Origin: Balanoglossus misakiensis
Taxonomy: Eukaryota; Animalia; Hemichordata
Length of the DNA stretch: 64,000 bases
Direction: 5' to 3'
Assembly (NCBI GenBank): GCA_040954595.2
Contig: CM082589.2
Span: 1,342,009 to 1,406,008, forward strand
Notes under the pieces: model-generated
Database searches by the model: none
Told to the model about the DNA's origin: nothing
The model's input: only the letters and a program-made list of their open reading frames with translations
In this document: in pieces, positions 13,401 through 24,986 of the stretch
How the letters are laid out: each line of letters opens with the position of its first letter
How positions within the stretch are numbered: the stretch's first letter is position 1
Made by a program: the position numbers and the translations under genes

Positions 13401-13513
13401 TTTCACTCGAAGGCAAGACAAACTTTTTTGAGAAGAGGGTTGGTGAATATCAAAAGATGGGTGTCATGTCAAGTTCTGAAGACCATAAATTTACACTGGA
13501 TGCTGACTTCTAA
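10496..13513 (+). CDS. RRM2: Ribonucleoside-diphosphate reductase small subunit M2
   Basis: Exons 10496-10588, 11023-11082, 11327-11356, 11597-11644, 11832-12071, 12189-12322, 12444-12672, 12881-13099, 13361-13513. Motifs: [55 protein letters not shown]-terminal FTLDADF*. AATAAA at 14091. Confidence 0.97.
12729..12853. mobile_element. Degenerate MITE-like insertion in an RRM2 intron
   Basis: Begins TACTGTAAAACGGGATATTTTCACG and ends CACAGTA (inverted TACTGT/ACAGTA termini with TA ends); CpG-richer than flanks. Confidence 0.3.
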
Positions 13514-14388
13514 AGTAAACTTGTTCCTTCACCAGCAAATATCAACTAAAATCATTCAGAAGTGCCTTTCCTTGTGATCAAGTGCCTGAATTTTATACAA
13601 GTCATTCCCACGGATATCAGTTTGCCAGGTCTTCTGAAATAGTCTTCCACTGTGACCCTTTAACACAGGAGCCTGCAGCTGAAATCTTTCAAGATTGGTG
13701 CTATTTTTCCATGAGCATCCACATCTTATGCAGTTTTTAGACTTTTTAAACAATTCTGGCATTTCTGTTTTATCCGAGAGGTACAAGAAGAGTCAAAGTT
13801 ATAATTTTAATTCTATATGTAAATAACATCATACTTATGGCTGACTTTTTCATTCCTTCAATGTGCAGTTTCTTGATGCAATATCTTATTATTTTATTAA
13901 ATTATTATTGAGTTCACATTTTTACGTAGCGTTTAGGAAGACCTAGTAGTGGTAACTTTTAATTTTTTTGTATATTCTTTGATTTCTTGTATTTTAGTCG
14001 ATTATGTGTACAGATGCTATAGTTGTCAAATATATTTGGCAATCATTTTGTAAGTTCAGGAGATTTTTAAATAGATGCTTTTTCAGTCATAATAAATAAA
14101 TTTAAATAATCCAATTTGTCAACTAGCTCTTTTTTTTGCTCACTGTGTTCTTTATTCTGTTGTGTTTGATTGCTACCATTAGAGGCACACTTGCACTGGC
14201 AGACGACAAGGACTCAGTGTATGATGCCAAAGCAGTACACTGAAATCCATCATTGGGGCTATACATGAAACGACAAAGAAAGTAGGAAAAAATCTGATTT
14301 TATTGCTTGTATTCCTGTCAGGTAATTTACATATTTTCTGTACCCCTGAAACTGAACAATTTCTTCACTCCCAGAGAGTGATGATAAT

Positions 14389-17300
14389 TTATTCCACGTC
14401 AAATCCCCAATACATTGTTGGTTTGTCTTCACCACTGGTGTCTCGAGCTCTCTTCACAAAAGATGAAAATGACGAGACACAGTTTCCAATGAAGTAGTCA
14501 GCCTCTCCAAGCATTGCTAGGTCGATCTGAGGTATCGCTGGCTTCAAGTAATGAACTTGAATCTGAAAAGTTTTATAGTGGAGATAACTATTATTTCAAG
14601 ATGGATTCCTACACATCAGAAATCATGTTTGGTGAAGTGTTTACATAGGTAAGCACATAATACCTTGTCTGCTTGCATGGGTTGTTTTCTCAACTAGTCT
14701 CCCACTAATGACAAGAAAGATCCAGACCTTGGCTGGCCAAGATGATAATACCTTACCTTGAGAGGTTTTAAGAAATCCCAAAGTTCCTCTTCCAGTGGGT
14801 CATGATCGGTTGCTATGTAAACATGTTTGACATTGAACTTCACGACAACAGCCTTTGTGGTTTCTAAGACACTTTGGGTTGTTGGGTAACACATTCCTCT
14901 TGTTAATAACTGACCTGGGTCAAGACACTGCGGTGATGCCATCAGGGTTTGGCGACCTTCAGCAAGATCACATGCTCTTTCCTATCAAGAAATATCACTT
15001 TTTAAGTTGCATACATTGTGGTTTAATTTGCACAAAGCATTTACACAAAGCTTTCCAGTTAGACTTATCCTGAAGTGATCAAGAAAGTGCAGGGTCATTG
15101 TTGCTCAATTTGAGTTTGATTGGAATTTCGAGTTTGAACATCCATTTTCTATACACACCCAATCCATCCCATTTCTGAGATGAATTCCAACAAATGGCTT
15201 TCCATGGAAAAGTTGCTTCATGTGTTCTTTTACTTGCGTCATGATTAGGTCACTCCATTTCATAAATTTGTGAAATTTTCTGTTGTCGCGATGCACAGGA
15301 AATGTTGCTGGTGCTCCTTTAAATGCAAATACTGGATGTTTGGATGGTGGGAATCTGGGGGATAAAATATAAATCTGCGTTAGAGAAAACTGAATTTATC
15401 AAAATTCAGGTACAAAGGGACAAGTGATACCTAGAACAAAGGATGAGATATAAAGATCATTTACTGAAAAATTGAGACATACACTGAAAGTCAATGTTTC
15501 AAAATCTACTAACATTCTACCCAGTATCTCATAATATGACTAACAGAGGGAAAATGTTGATCTTACTCTGAATTCCACTCTTGTTGAAAACGTGACATTT
15601 CTCTCTGTGATGCAGTAGTGTATGTACTTGCATGGTAGGCCACTAAGTCATCAAAATCAACATTGAATGCATCCCAAAATGGACCAAATGGGTTCCCTGT
15701 AATGACATATTAGGTAATGGTATTATTTCATTCAGACATACACATACAGTAACTATAATTTGCTGAATCTGATAGCACTCCTGTATACTTTTATCACTTA
15801 TTGTTTTGATTATCACTTGCCTTCCTTCATTTTGCATTTTTGGTCAGAGTTCTTCGGTAACCAACAGTAACCCAATCTTTTCCCCGGCTGCCAGTTTGAG
15901 GGCGCTAGATATTTCATGAACTCTTCCATCAGGATGACTTTGTGGGCTTTTTGCAGCTCATCGTATTTGAAAAACTCATCATACGGGACATTCCGCTGTA
16001 AGGAGATAAGACCTTGGAAACGTCACGTCACTGACACAAGCATTACAAGCAGTGCCTATACTAACAGTAACTGACATCATCAAAACAGTTGGCTATCTGA
16101 ACATTTTATTTTCTGAATTATAAACCACCCATTAACAAACATTTTTTTTCTTCAAAAATCACTGCGTAGAGCTATTAACAACATATGATTTACAGCATAC
16201 AGCATTTTGAACTTTAAACTTATTGATCTGGTGAAGTACAGTCAGTAGAATTTTAACAATTGACACATAAATCTGATATGGTTGTGCTTTGTCCAAACAG
16301 GACTGGACAACTCCAGAAAACTATTAATAAAGTTCAACAAAATTAAACATCAAAATTGAATATTTTTTCCAAATTGTATATGGAGTACTGAGGCCATTGT
16401 GGTGTTTCAAAGATGTATTCAAGAAGTCTAGATTTAACGGTCATAAACTAATATATTAAAAAGTTATTTCATTTTTGAAGCCTGGATATGTATATATGTT
16501 TGTGTACTAGGTGATTTTCTCATAATTGTGAGAGCTCACATAACTTGGTTCATTACAGTGGTTTGCTAATCTGGTCAGCTTCTTCTAGCATAAAACGGTC
16601 TGGCTTGTAAAAGTCAGAAGGAAAGGACATTTCAGTAGCCAGTAATGAGGCCCTGAGAGAGTCTAAACTGTACATCCAATTTCACACAGAGAACTTTTTT
16701 TCAGCTTCATACTGGTAAATCTTTAATCTCTGTAGAAAAGAGAATATGTCAGTAAAAAGTACATGATGAGAACACCATAATAAAGTGTCAGGCACCCGGT
16801 CAAAATTATGAGTTGATCACTGAGTCCACCATAAATAATGCCATGCCACAGCGCCACCAGAAAAAGAAATACACCTATGTTTGGCAATGACCAGAAAATT
16901 ATTGCTAAAATATTTACTATTTTTTGTTTCAAACTATGATCAAATTGGTTATTAACTGTCTTGATTTCCTTTACATAACCAAATTTGTCCAAAACTTGTA
17001 AGATGAAGTTTTCATCAACTACTATCTTTTCATCCAGTATGATTCCATGTGAAGTATAGAAGAATCCATCTTCTCTTCTTTCTATCATTACGGTCTTCGA
17101 GAGTCCTGTGATGGAGATATCAAGCGGTGAGCCCTCTATGGTCTGGTCTCTCATTGCCATGGTGACAAGATACTTTCCAACCATCTGTCCTTGCACATGT
17201 ACACTGCATGTACCATTCTTGTTGTCGATCACAGGAATTTTTGCCAGAATTTGAAGATTTTTGTTTCTTAGCTCAGCACTCACTTCATGACATGGAACTG

Positions 17301-19320
17301 CTAGGTTGCTCTTATATACTTTGGTAACTGTATAATTTCCAATCTTTTGCCCTGGGAAAGTGACAGTACAAGTGCCATCCTTGTTGTCCTCCACTGAAAG
17401 TGTTCTCAGAAGTTTAAAGTCTTGGTTACCCAGCTGGGCAATTACTTCATGACATGGAACTGCTAGGTTGCTCTTATATACTTTGGATTTCAAAAGTAGA
17501 TTGATGTAGTCACCTCGGGTTATATTGACGCCACCAGCATTGACAGTCTTGACAACTATGTCTGACGCACTGGTTGCATAAGTTGGTCCACTCATGAAAT
17601 ACCACATACACATAGAAGCCAATATCACAACCAGTGTAGTTACCAGGACAGTCCAACACAACCCCATTGTTCTTGATTCCACTACCGGTATGTTCCTGGA
17701 TTCCTTCTGTAGTTTTAGAAAACTTTCAACCAGGGATTTTATCAGAAAATCCTCTTTAAATCCCCTGACACCACGATGTGGGATTCCGTGAAGTTGGTTA
17801 CACAATGGACAAAGAACACTTCCTTGAGTTCCCGCAAGTCTTGTCAGACAGTCTTCACATAATCTATGAAGACATGGTAGACATTTTGGTTTCCTAAGAA
17901 ACCCGTAACATATAGCACAAGTTAAGTCTTTCTCAAAGTCATCCAAAATCTGATCCAAATTCATGTGATTGTGATGGCCAAAAGAAGTCTGGTAACTAAG
18001 GCACTGCAACAAGTGAAATACAAAAACCCCTTATGCTTTCAAATATTTTCTTGCATTGTAATGAATGGCCTATTTTACTCCATTGGTAGGATCAAGCCCT
18101 CTTACACTTATGTTGTAACTTAAGTCAGCCTCAGTCTGCTTCTAAGAATTCTCCTTATCAACAAAGGTATTGTACCAGTTCCTTTCTGATCCATTTTAAA
18201 AAGAATGCATAAAAAGGGAAATGCCCCAAAAAAGTCTTTTGTTAGGAGTATAAATGACAGTTTGGTGCCACACAGTGTTTTGGTAACCATGGTTACCTGA
18301 CTGCTCCACGTCCTGATGATAAGACTTGGAGATTTTATGAGAACCATGGCAGTAACATGTTTGGGGAACTCAATAAATTTTACCTGGTTACTGCTTGGTT
18401 GGTGGGTGGTTGATTGGGTATAAGTATAAGAAGGTAGGTCCAACACATTGTCCATGTAACCTTTGGTTTAAGGTCATCACGTTGCTCAGCTACTTAACAA
18501 TATTCAAACAACTCAATCATTCAGTGTATGTGAAGGAACTTTCCCAAAGCAAACAGTTTATATGTCTGGACCAAAGTGTTTGTGATATGTGATTACATCA
18601 ACATGTATTTGTTTTTGGTTATTTTATTCTATCTGAAAATAAAATTGACTTTTCACATTATACCAAAAAAATCTGAAGATATCTCATAGTTATATCTAAG
18701 GATTTCATACTGTTCATACTGAAAATCTGATCAAATTGACGAGACTGACTCACTGAGATGTCAAGAAAAAATCAAACTTACATAGGTCCTCCAGGGTGGT
18801 ACAACTAATGTTCTGTTTAGAGCTTTAGCAAATGCAATGGCTCCCAAGAACTGCTCAGCTTGATTCCCAAATCTCCCTGCAAATTAAAAATAGAAAACAA
18901 TATTTGAAATTAAATCTTCTCTATATGCAGCTGTCGGCTATTCTTTGCATTGTACATGTATTTATAGTGTGTGATACCTTGTTCAGATCCCTGAGGCAGA
19001 TTTATGATCATGGTAATTCTGTTCGGACAGAATTTAAAAAAAATTGACAGTGTTTAATACTCACCCATACATGGGCAATACATAACATATCCATATGGGT
19101 CCCACTCAGGCAACTTTCCAACACTGCCAACATGCAGTGGGTTTTTACTGTCAACACCAAAAACGTTCTCTTCATCATCAATAAATATCACCTTTTCTTC
19201 TTCATTTTCAGCATTCTGATGTGGCTCGTTGCTGTTGGCAACCAGTGGAAACAACAGCAGGAGTAGAGGCACAAGACGGAAGAGAGAGATTTCACGAGAC
19301 ACGATCGGAGAAACAAACAT
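14389..19320 (-). CDS. POFUT1: GDP-fucose protein O-fucosyltransferase 1
   Basis: Exons (descending) 19065-19320, 18782-18876, 15821-15995, 15567-15696, 15159-15354, 14757-14981, 14389-14562. Signal peptide, [78 protein letters not shown]. One intron is GC-AG. Confidence 0.95.
16723..17964 (-). CDS. Nested intronless RING (C3HC4)-TM-filamin-repeat-TM-TM protein, TRIM2/3-like derivative, in POFUT1 intron 2
   Basis: Open frame 16723-18012 with first ATG at 17964. Contains [23 protein letters not shown], a hydrophobic segment, filamin motifs ([10 protein letters not shown]; [21 protein letters not shown]) and two C-terminal hydrophobic helices. Minus-strand AATAAA at 16105-16110. Confidence 0.85.
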   Translation of the reverse strand: MNLDQILDDFEKDLTCAICYGFLRKPKCLPCLHRLCEDCLTRLAGTQGSVLCPLCNQLHGIPHRGVRGFKEDFLIKSLVESFLKLQKESRNIPVVESRTMGLCWTVLVTTLVVILASMCMWYFMSGPTYATSASDIVVKTVNAGGVNITRGDYINLLLKSKVYKSNLAVPCHEVIAQLGNQDFKLLRTLSVEDNKDGTCTVTFPGQKIGNYTVTKVYKSNLAVPCHEVSAELRNKNLQILAKIPVIDNKNGTCSVHVQGQMVGKYLVTMAMRDQTIEGSPLDISITGLSKTVMIERREDGFFYTSHGIILDEKIVVDENFILQVLDKFGYVKEIKTVNNQFDHSLKQKIVNILAIIFWSLPNIGVFLFLVALWHGIIYGGLSDQLIILTGCLTLYYGVLIMYFLLTYSLFYRD

Positions 19321-19552
19321 TCTACTGGCACAAACACCTGTGGAAAAAAAGAAACAAAAATATGACTATTTTTAACGACCGCTGAATTTTTGAAAATCCT
19401 GCATTATTCATGGAGCCTGAACTATGTTCATACCAAACAAAATATCACAATATCTTATTTTGTATGACTTCTATATTTCAGGAGAAAACACAAAAGCTAT
19501 TTGCACAGATCGCTTTGTGATATGATATATGCCACCTGGTATTTTTGACCAT

Positions 19553-20152
19553 CAGATTTACAATGCATTCTGGGTCAGATATGTGAGTGCGATTGAAATA
19601 CAAGCATGTGATTGGTCAGAATTTGGATTCCATGATCGCATGACAAATCTAATATGAACAATATGTGAAGCTGATGTAGCATATGGGTATTTTATAAACT
19701 TTACTGAATTCAATTATTTCCGAACTCAAAACTGAATGGTCATATACTGGTAGCGTTGATGCCCATTCTTGATAAATGCATGGATAGATCAGTCTGCATA
19801 TGTGGCTGATTAATTGGATCCTCTGCAATTTGATTTTTAATATAACCAAACCTCAAGAGAGAAATACATTAGATAATGCTGGTCCAAGTCAATTAATTCT
19901 AGTCAATTGTAGTTATATGGGGTACAATTAACAATATTAATCTTTAGAACTATTCACCCACTTTTTATCTCACAAAATTGTTAATCTGTTTTGTACAAAG
20001 ATCAAAGCCCTGAGAACTTTGATAACTTTTAAAACATCTGGAGAAATACCACTGGAAAAGACCCAGGTGTGATTCACTCTCAGATTTACAATGTATTCTG
20101 GGATAGATATGCAAATATGATTAAAATACAAGCTTTTGATTGGTCAGAATTT
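19553..20152. repeat. Diverged ~72-bp direct repeat, two copies (19553-19624 and 20081-20152)
   Basis: Both copies read CAGATTTACAATG.ATTCTGGG..AGATATG...ATT.AAATACAAGC...TGATTGGTCAGAATTT. Confidence 0.75.
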
Positions 20153-21598
20153 TGTGTATATTCACTGATTGCATAAGTGCGATATATGTACATTATCATA
20201 CCGCAAGACGATTGGTTTATGACTTTTTGGAAAATAAAACACTCGAAGAAATAGTCATAGTCAGATTTTCATTGACATTTTTGGACATATGTAAATTAGA
20301 AGTCTGCAGCTAATCAAAGAAGATTGGGTATATCTTCTGTTGACTGTGTATGTTGCCATGGTTGCTGTAATGTTGCTATGGTTACTATACAATAAGCAAA
20401 ATCCCGGATGACTCTCTAATAGAACCGATACAACGTCTATGATTGTGTCTAATGATAAATGATGATTTGTAAGATCCATTTGAATCACGAAAGAATGACA
20501 AACCATATCGCGATTATTGATCGATCGTGTGAAAAAGTGAAAGTTCGATGTTGAACTTGAAGGATCGATAGTATTCTCCGATGCAATCGTCTGCAATTAA
20601 TTCATCATCATGATTTTACTTTTCTATGTGCTAGTTTGCTACACAATTAATACAAGTACTGACTTCAAAACACTGCAATACGCATTTCCTCTCCGATCGA
20701 TCGATCCCCGTCTTCAAATGTCAACACCACCAGCTGGCCAACTTGATCGACAGCTGGCCTCGGGGTCAAAGTTTAACTAAAAATCGTTCAGATAAAATGA
20801 TAAGGGACAAAAGGAAACACCTCCTCATTTGGAATATTCTTTTTAAATATATAAATAACAGAAAATGTTTCTCTGTGAGAAAATCCAGAAACCGTGCAGG
20901 AAATGAAATTATTTTGCATATAACGGGAACAAAGGTAAAAGGTCAAACGAGGGTCCTTCATATGCTAATGAGGTGGGCGTTACCCATGTACATGATGTAG
21001 AAGTATGCAACATGGCGAATAGAAGCTTGTAAGGTCAGTGATGTATTTTGTCGTCTGATACTTTCTCATTCCAGTAAGAAATCGTTAAAGTAATTTTGGG
21101 AGTTTATAGCACCGATGTGGTTGTGTTGTCATGGTTTGTTTTGTTACCAAGGGCCAACCGTGCTGATTTTCGCACGGAAAGTTTGTGGTATGCGACACTG
21201 TCAGTTCTATAATATATGTAGGGGACCCCATCACTAGAGAACTTCTAAGTTCTACCAGAAGACATTATTGAATTTGATGGTGATAATTATCTATAAGAAA
21301 AGTTCCAATCTTTCTTTTCACGGTACGATTTTCCTCAAATGACTGTTGATAGGTCAAAACATGTATTTGTAGTGAAACCCTACATCATTGTTTTGAATGC
21401 AAGACTTTATCAAAGAGGTTTATGTTTGTAAATCAGAAGATAATGCGAGGCCACAAAGGTGACTGGCCATCGTCTCAAATGTCATTACGTTGCGTTGGTG
21501 CGTTATGGCAAGGTATCATGTCCGTAATTGGCATGTAACTTTATATTCTGTTGCGTGTGTCATCGTATCATCACTGTTGTGGCTAGTAACCACTGCCA

Positions 21599-21645
<47 letters not shown>

Positions 21646-21690
21646 GATGGTGGTGGTGATGGTGATGATGATGATGATGATGATGATGAT
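21599..21690. repeat. (GAT)n/(GGT)n trinucleotide microsatellite
   Basis: Directly visible; about 30 triplets. Confidence 0.95.
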
Positions 21691-24600
21691 CACTGCTAGA
21701 ACTACAGTACTGTATGGATATACACCTAACTCGAAACAGTTGCACAGATATTTGTTTTGTAGGATATTTTAGTAGGCCTACTAAAGTGTCATCCCCTGAG
21801 TTTAGAGTAGATATGGTCCGTTGGAATTCTAGGTTGGGTCATGATGTCAGTGATGCATATAGCATTATTGTTTCCTGATGGAGAAGAATGTCACTGGCTG
21901 TACTGTACTATAAATCAGTACCAAAATACCCGGTCATTGTTGCCATGATCTCTGAAGTGTATCTGATCTGGAAGTCTGCATCTGTTGATCAGTGTCTCTG
22001 TAAATCAGGGTAGTCTTGGTATCAGGGGTCACTCTGCTCGTCATAGGTCATAATTTCTTGGAGAAGCTTTTTTTTCATAATTCATAGGAAATTATCCACG
22101 GTATAGTCATTACTGTTCTGTATTTGTTTTATTTTTTGATGAAACATTATGCAGGAATCTCTTGTGTAACAAAATTGTCAAGTGTGATTCAGACTGGATA
22201 CTGTGTCAGAAAATATTGTTTGTGAATAATGTTGTTGTCCTATAAAGGTAGCCTAGCTTAATCAAATATGGTTATGGATCACAAGAGGTATAACTTTAAA
22301 ACCCTCTACAGACTCTATAAAACTATATTCCCTTTAGTATGTTGCCGTTCTGTTTCAAATATTTCATACATACTATCAAGTCTCGAGAGAACTGGCCAAA
22401 AAAGAGGTTAGGTCAAACAGCTGTAGGAAACGAAACGTCCCATCACTAAGAAACATCTTGAGCTGCCAATCTTGGCAAGGTACAGACAGCGGGAATATAG
22501 ATTACATACCAGCGTTTACTGCGACCCCTGACCTCAAACGATTCAAGAATAGCTTCACTCTGAAGCAGACATGCCAACTTGTGTCAACTCAGGTCATGGA
22601 TTTATTGAGATGCTGTGTTGTTATAGCTTCTCATAATGGTAGAAGTGACCACAGGACAGAGTCATTTAGACAAGTCAAGGTTATATGGATGTCTTAATTC
22701 TCCCCAGTAGGCAGTTCATTCAGTCCACTGGAAAGGTATTTTTTTCTCTATCAGAGTACAGTTGATTTTATTTACATTGTAATTTTGTCCTCATCACATC
22801 CAGTAATATCAGTATGAATATGATATTTAGTTCATGTGGTAAACATGGATATTATTTACAGAAAACTAAAAATAGTATTGACCTAAGCTTATGCGTGTGG
22901 TGATTCTCAGAAGATGCATGCAACTGAAGGTTGACATTTTTGAAGAGAATGAGGTTAAGAAGCTAATTTAGTGGCTATTCTCAAGAGAATTTGTTTATAT
23001 TAGCTGAGAGCTTTTGGTTATGGTTGTGTTTTTAGACGGTCATCCCATTAGGTGCGTGGACGGCCTGGAAGTGACAAAGATTTATGGCTTCCCCTTCCCA
23101 TGATTCATTTCACCTACTGAAGTGATAAACAAGATTTGTAGAACTAGACATTTCAGAGAGACTTTTAAGCATTGAGGGCAGTAGAACATAGTCGGCTAGT
23201 TTTAATTTCATGTATGTGTTTCTATGTGTGTATGTACATGTAGTTGATATGCAAATTCTGAAAAAAATAGCCAAAGTTACAACTAATGTCCCTCTTAATG
23301 TCCACAACTTCCACAGTTTGTTAGTTCAAGTCCTGCATCAGTTAAATAATTTAGAGTAGAGTTACGTTTTGTTTACAGGACATTTATAGCGTTATCTATT
23401 AATATATACTTAAGGAAATTCCATCAGTTTGCGTCCGAAAATATACTCCTCACTGTTTAAAATCACTACCAATGAAAGAATGGGTTAAACCAGTTTTGAC
23501 AAGTGGTAACAAAGAATTGTATGTCCAAATAAGTCTCATTGGTCAGATGTAATGCCTTCGGAGATAATGCTAAGGAGAGAGTTAAAGCTTTTATCAAATT
23601 CTGCATTCTTGTGTTGAATCTGAGCGTGGAGCTGATGATGCACACAGGATTTCTGTGAGTTTGATTTTACGTGCGTTTTCAGAGAAATCACGGGTTCACT
23701 GTGCTGCAGGGGGAGTGAGTCAGTTTAACTTATTGATCAAATTCTGATTGAAACTTGAGACGCTACGATGCCATGATAGCCTGGTGAAGGACTTGAGATC
23801 TGCAGGGAGACGATGTTATTATTATTGAGTGCAAAGATGCGAAGGAAATACCAGACATGTTTAAGTATTTAGTAAGTGTGACGTAGGTTGCTATATCTAT
23901 TACACGTCAATATGGAGGAAGGTTTTGCTGTCTATTGCTAGTGGCCAGTTTCTTTGCTGTTTGCAAATGGCTTCTTGAGGTAGGATCAACAAAATATTAT
24001 CTCCTCAGTGTGATTGAAAGAAATATGAAGTTGGAGAAGGACTGTTTCTTGTAATTTGGTTTGTAGAATTTACAGAGTGGTGTCTATAAGTTGGTCGAAA
24101 GTTTTGATCTACTGGTGTGATGACATTTTTAAATGTCATCCATTAATGGTGGATGTTTTTCCGCAACAAGTAGTCTGGTCTAGATGTCTTTACTGACATC
24201 AGTCAGTGTAGGCCAGAATTTGTTTCTGTCATTTTTGTTAATTATTTTGTATTCAGTTGAAAAAGATTTATAATCTGGTCGTTTTACCACAGGAATATGA
24301 GTTTGTCAAAAATCTTTTTAGGAGGAGTCTGCTATATATTGATATCATTTCAGTGTTTGTATATATACATGTACCTCCCTAGTTCAAAGACTACAATCTG
24401 TACTCATGAACGAACTACTTGGATTTTTCAATGCAAATTATTCTTTGAAAAAATGGTCATGATTCTACCGAGGTCCATGTATCAAACTTTCAAAGTCCTT
24501 ATTAACTTCCTGCAGTGGATTTAACAGCACCCAAGTTGGTCATTATCAAATTATCACATATCAATTTCAGTCATGAAGATAAGAAAGTGTTGAGCTCAGC

Positions 24601-24986
24601 AAATGTTGTAATAAATCCACTCTCTATCTCAAATTTACCATCGTGTTTGATCTCCTGGTGCATATGTTTCTAGTAGTAGTGTGAGAAATCCTAAAAAAAT
24701 TCTCAATGTTGCTCAAGCATTGTTAAAAAATTGTATATAATCATGAGTAGATTTCACTGGTTTATGAATTAATTGGTTGTCCATATTAACCATGTTCGGG
24801 GGCCCTGTTATCTGTACAATTCATTCATGTTTAAATGTATTACAAACTGCATGGGTGTACTTGTATTTCCAATGCAAATACTAAATTTCTTTCGGTTTCT
24901 TTTTCAGATACTAATCCGTGTGGAAGCGATGTACATATCTAAGCTGTCTGTCGGGTTGAAATCTAACATAGTCGTTAGCTCTACTG

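Noticed and set aside
21012-21035. CAACATGGCG start as AKAP7 first coding exon
   Set aside because: It reads MANRSL* and I could not splice it in frame to later exons; at most a uORF in a 5' UTR exon.
21490-21745. Poly-Asp and poly-His ORFs
   Set aside because: Translation artefacts of the GAT microsatellite.
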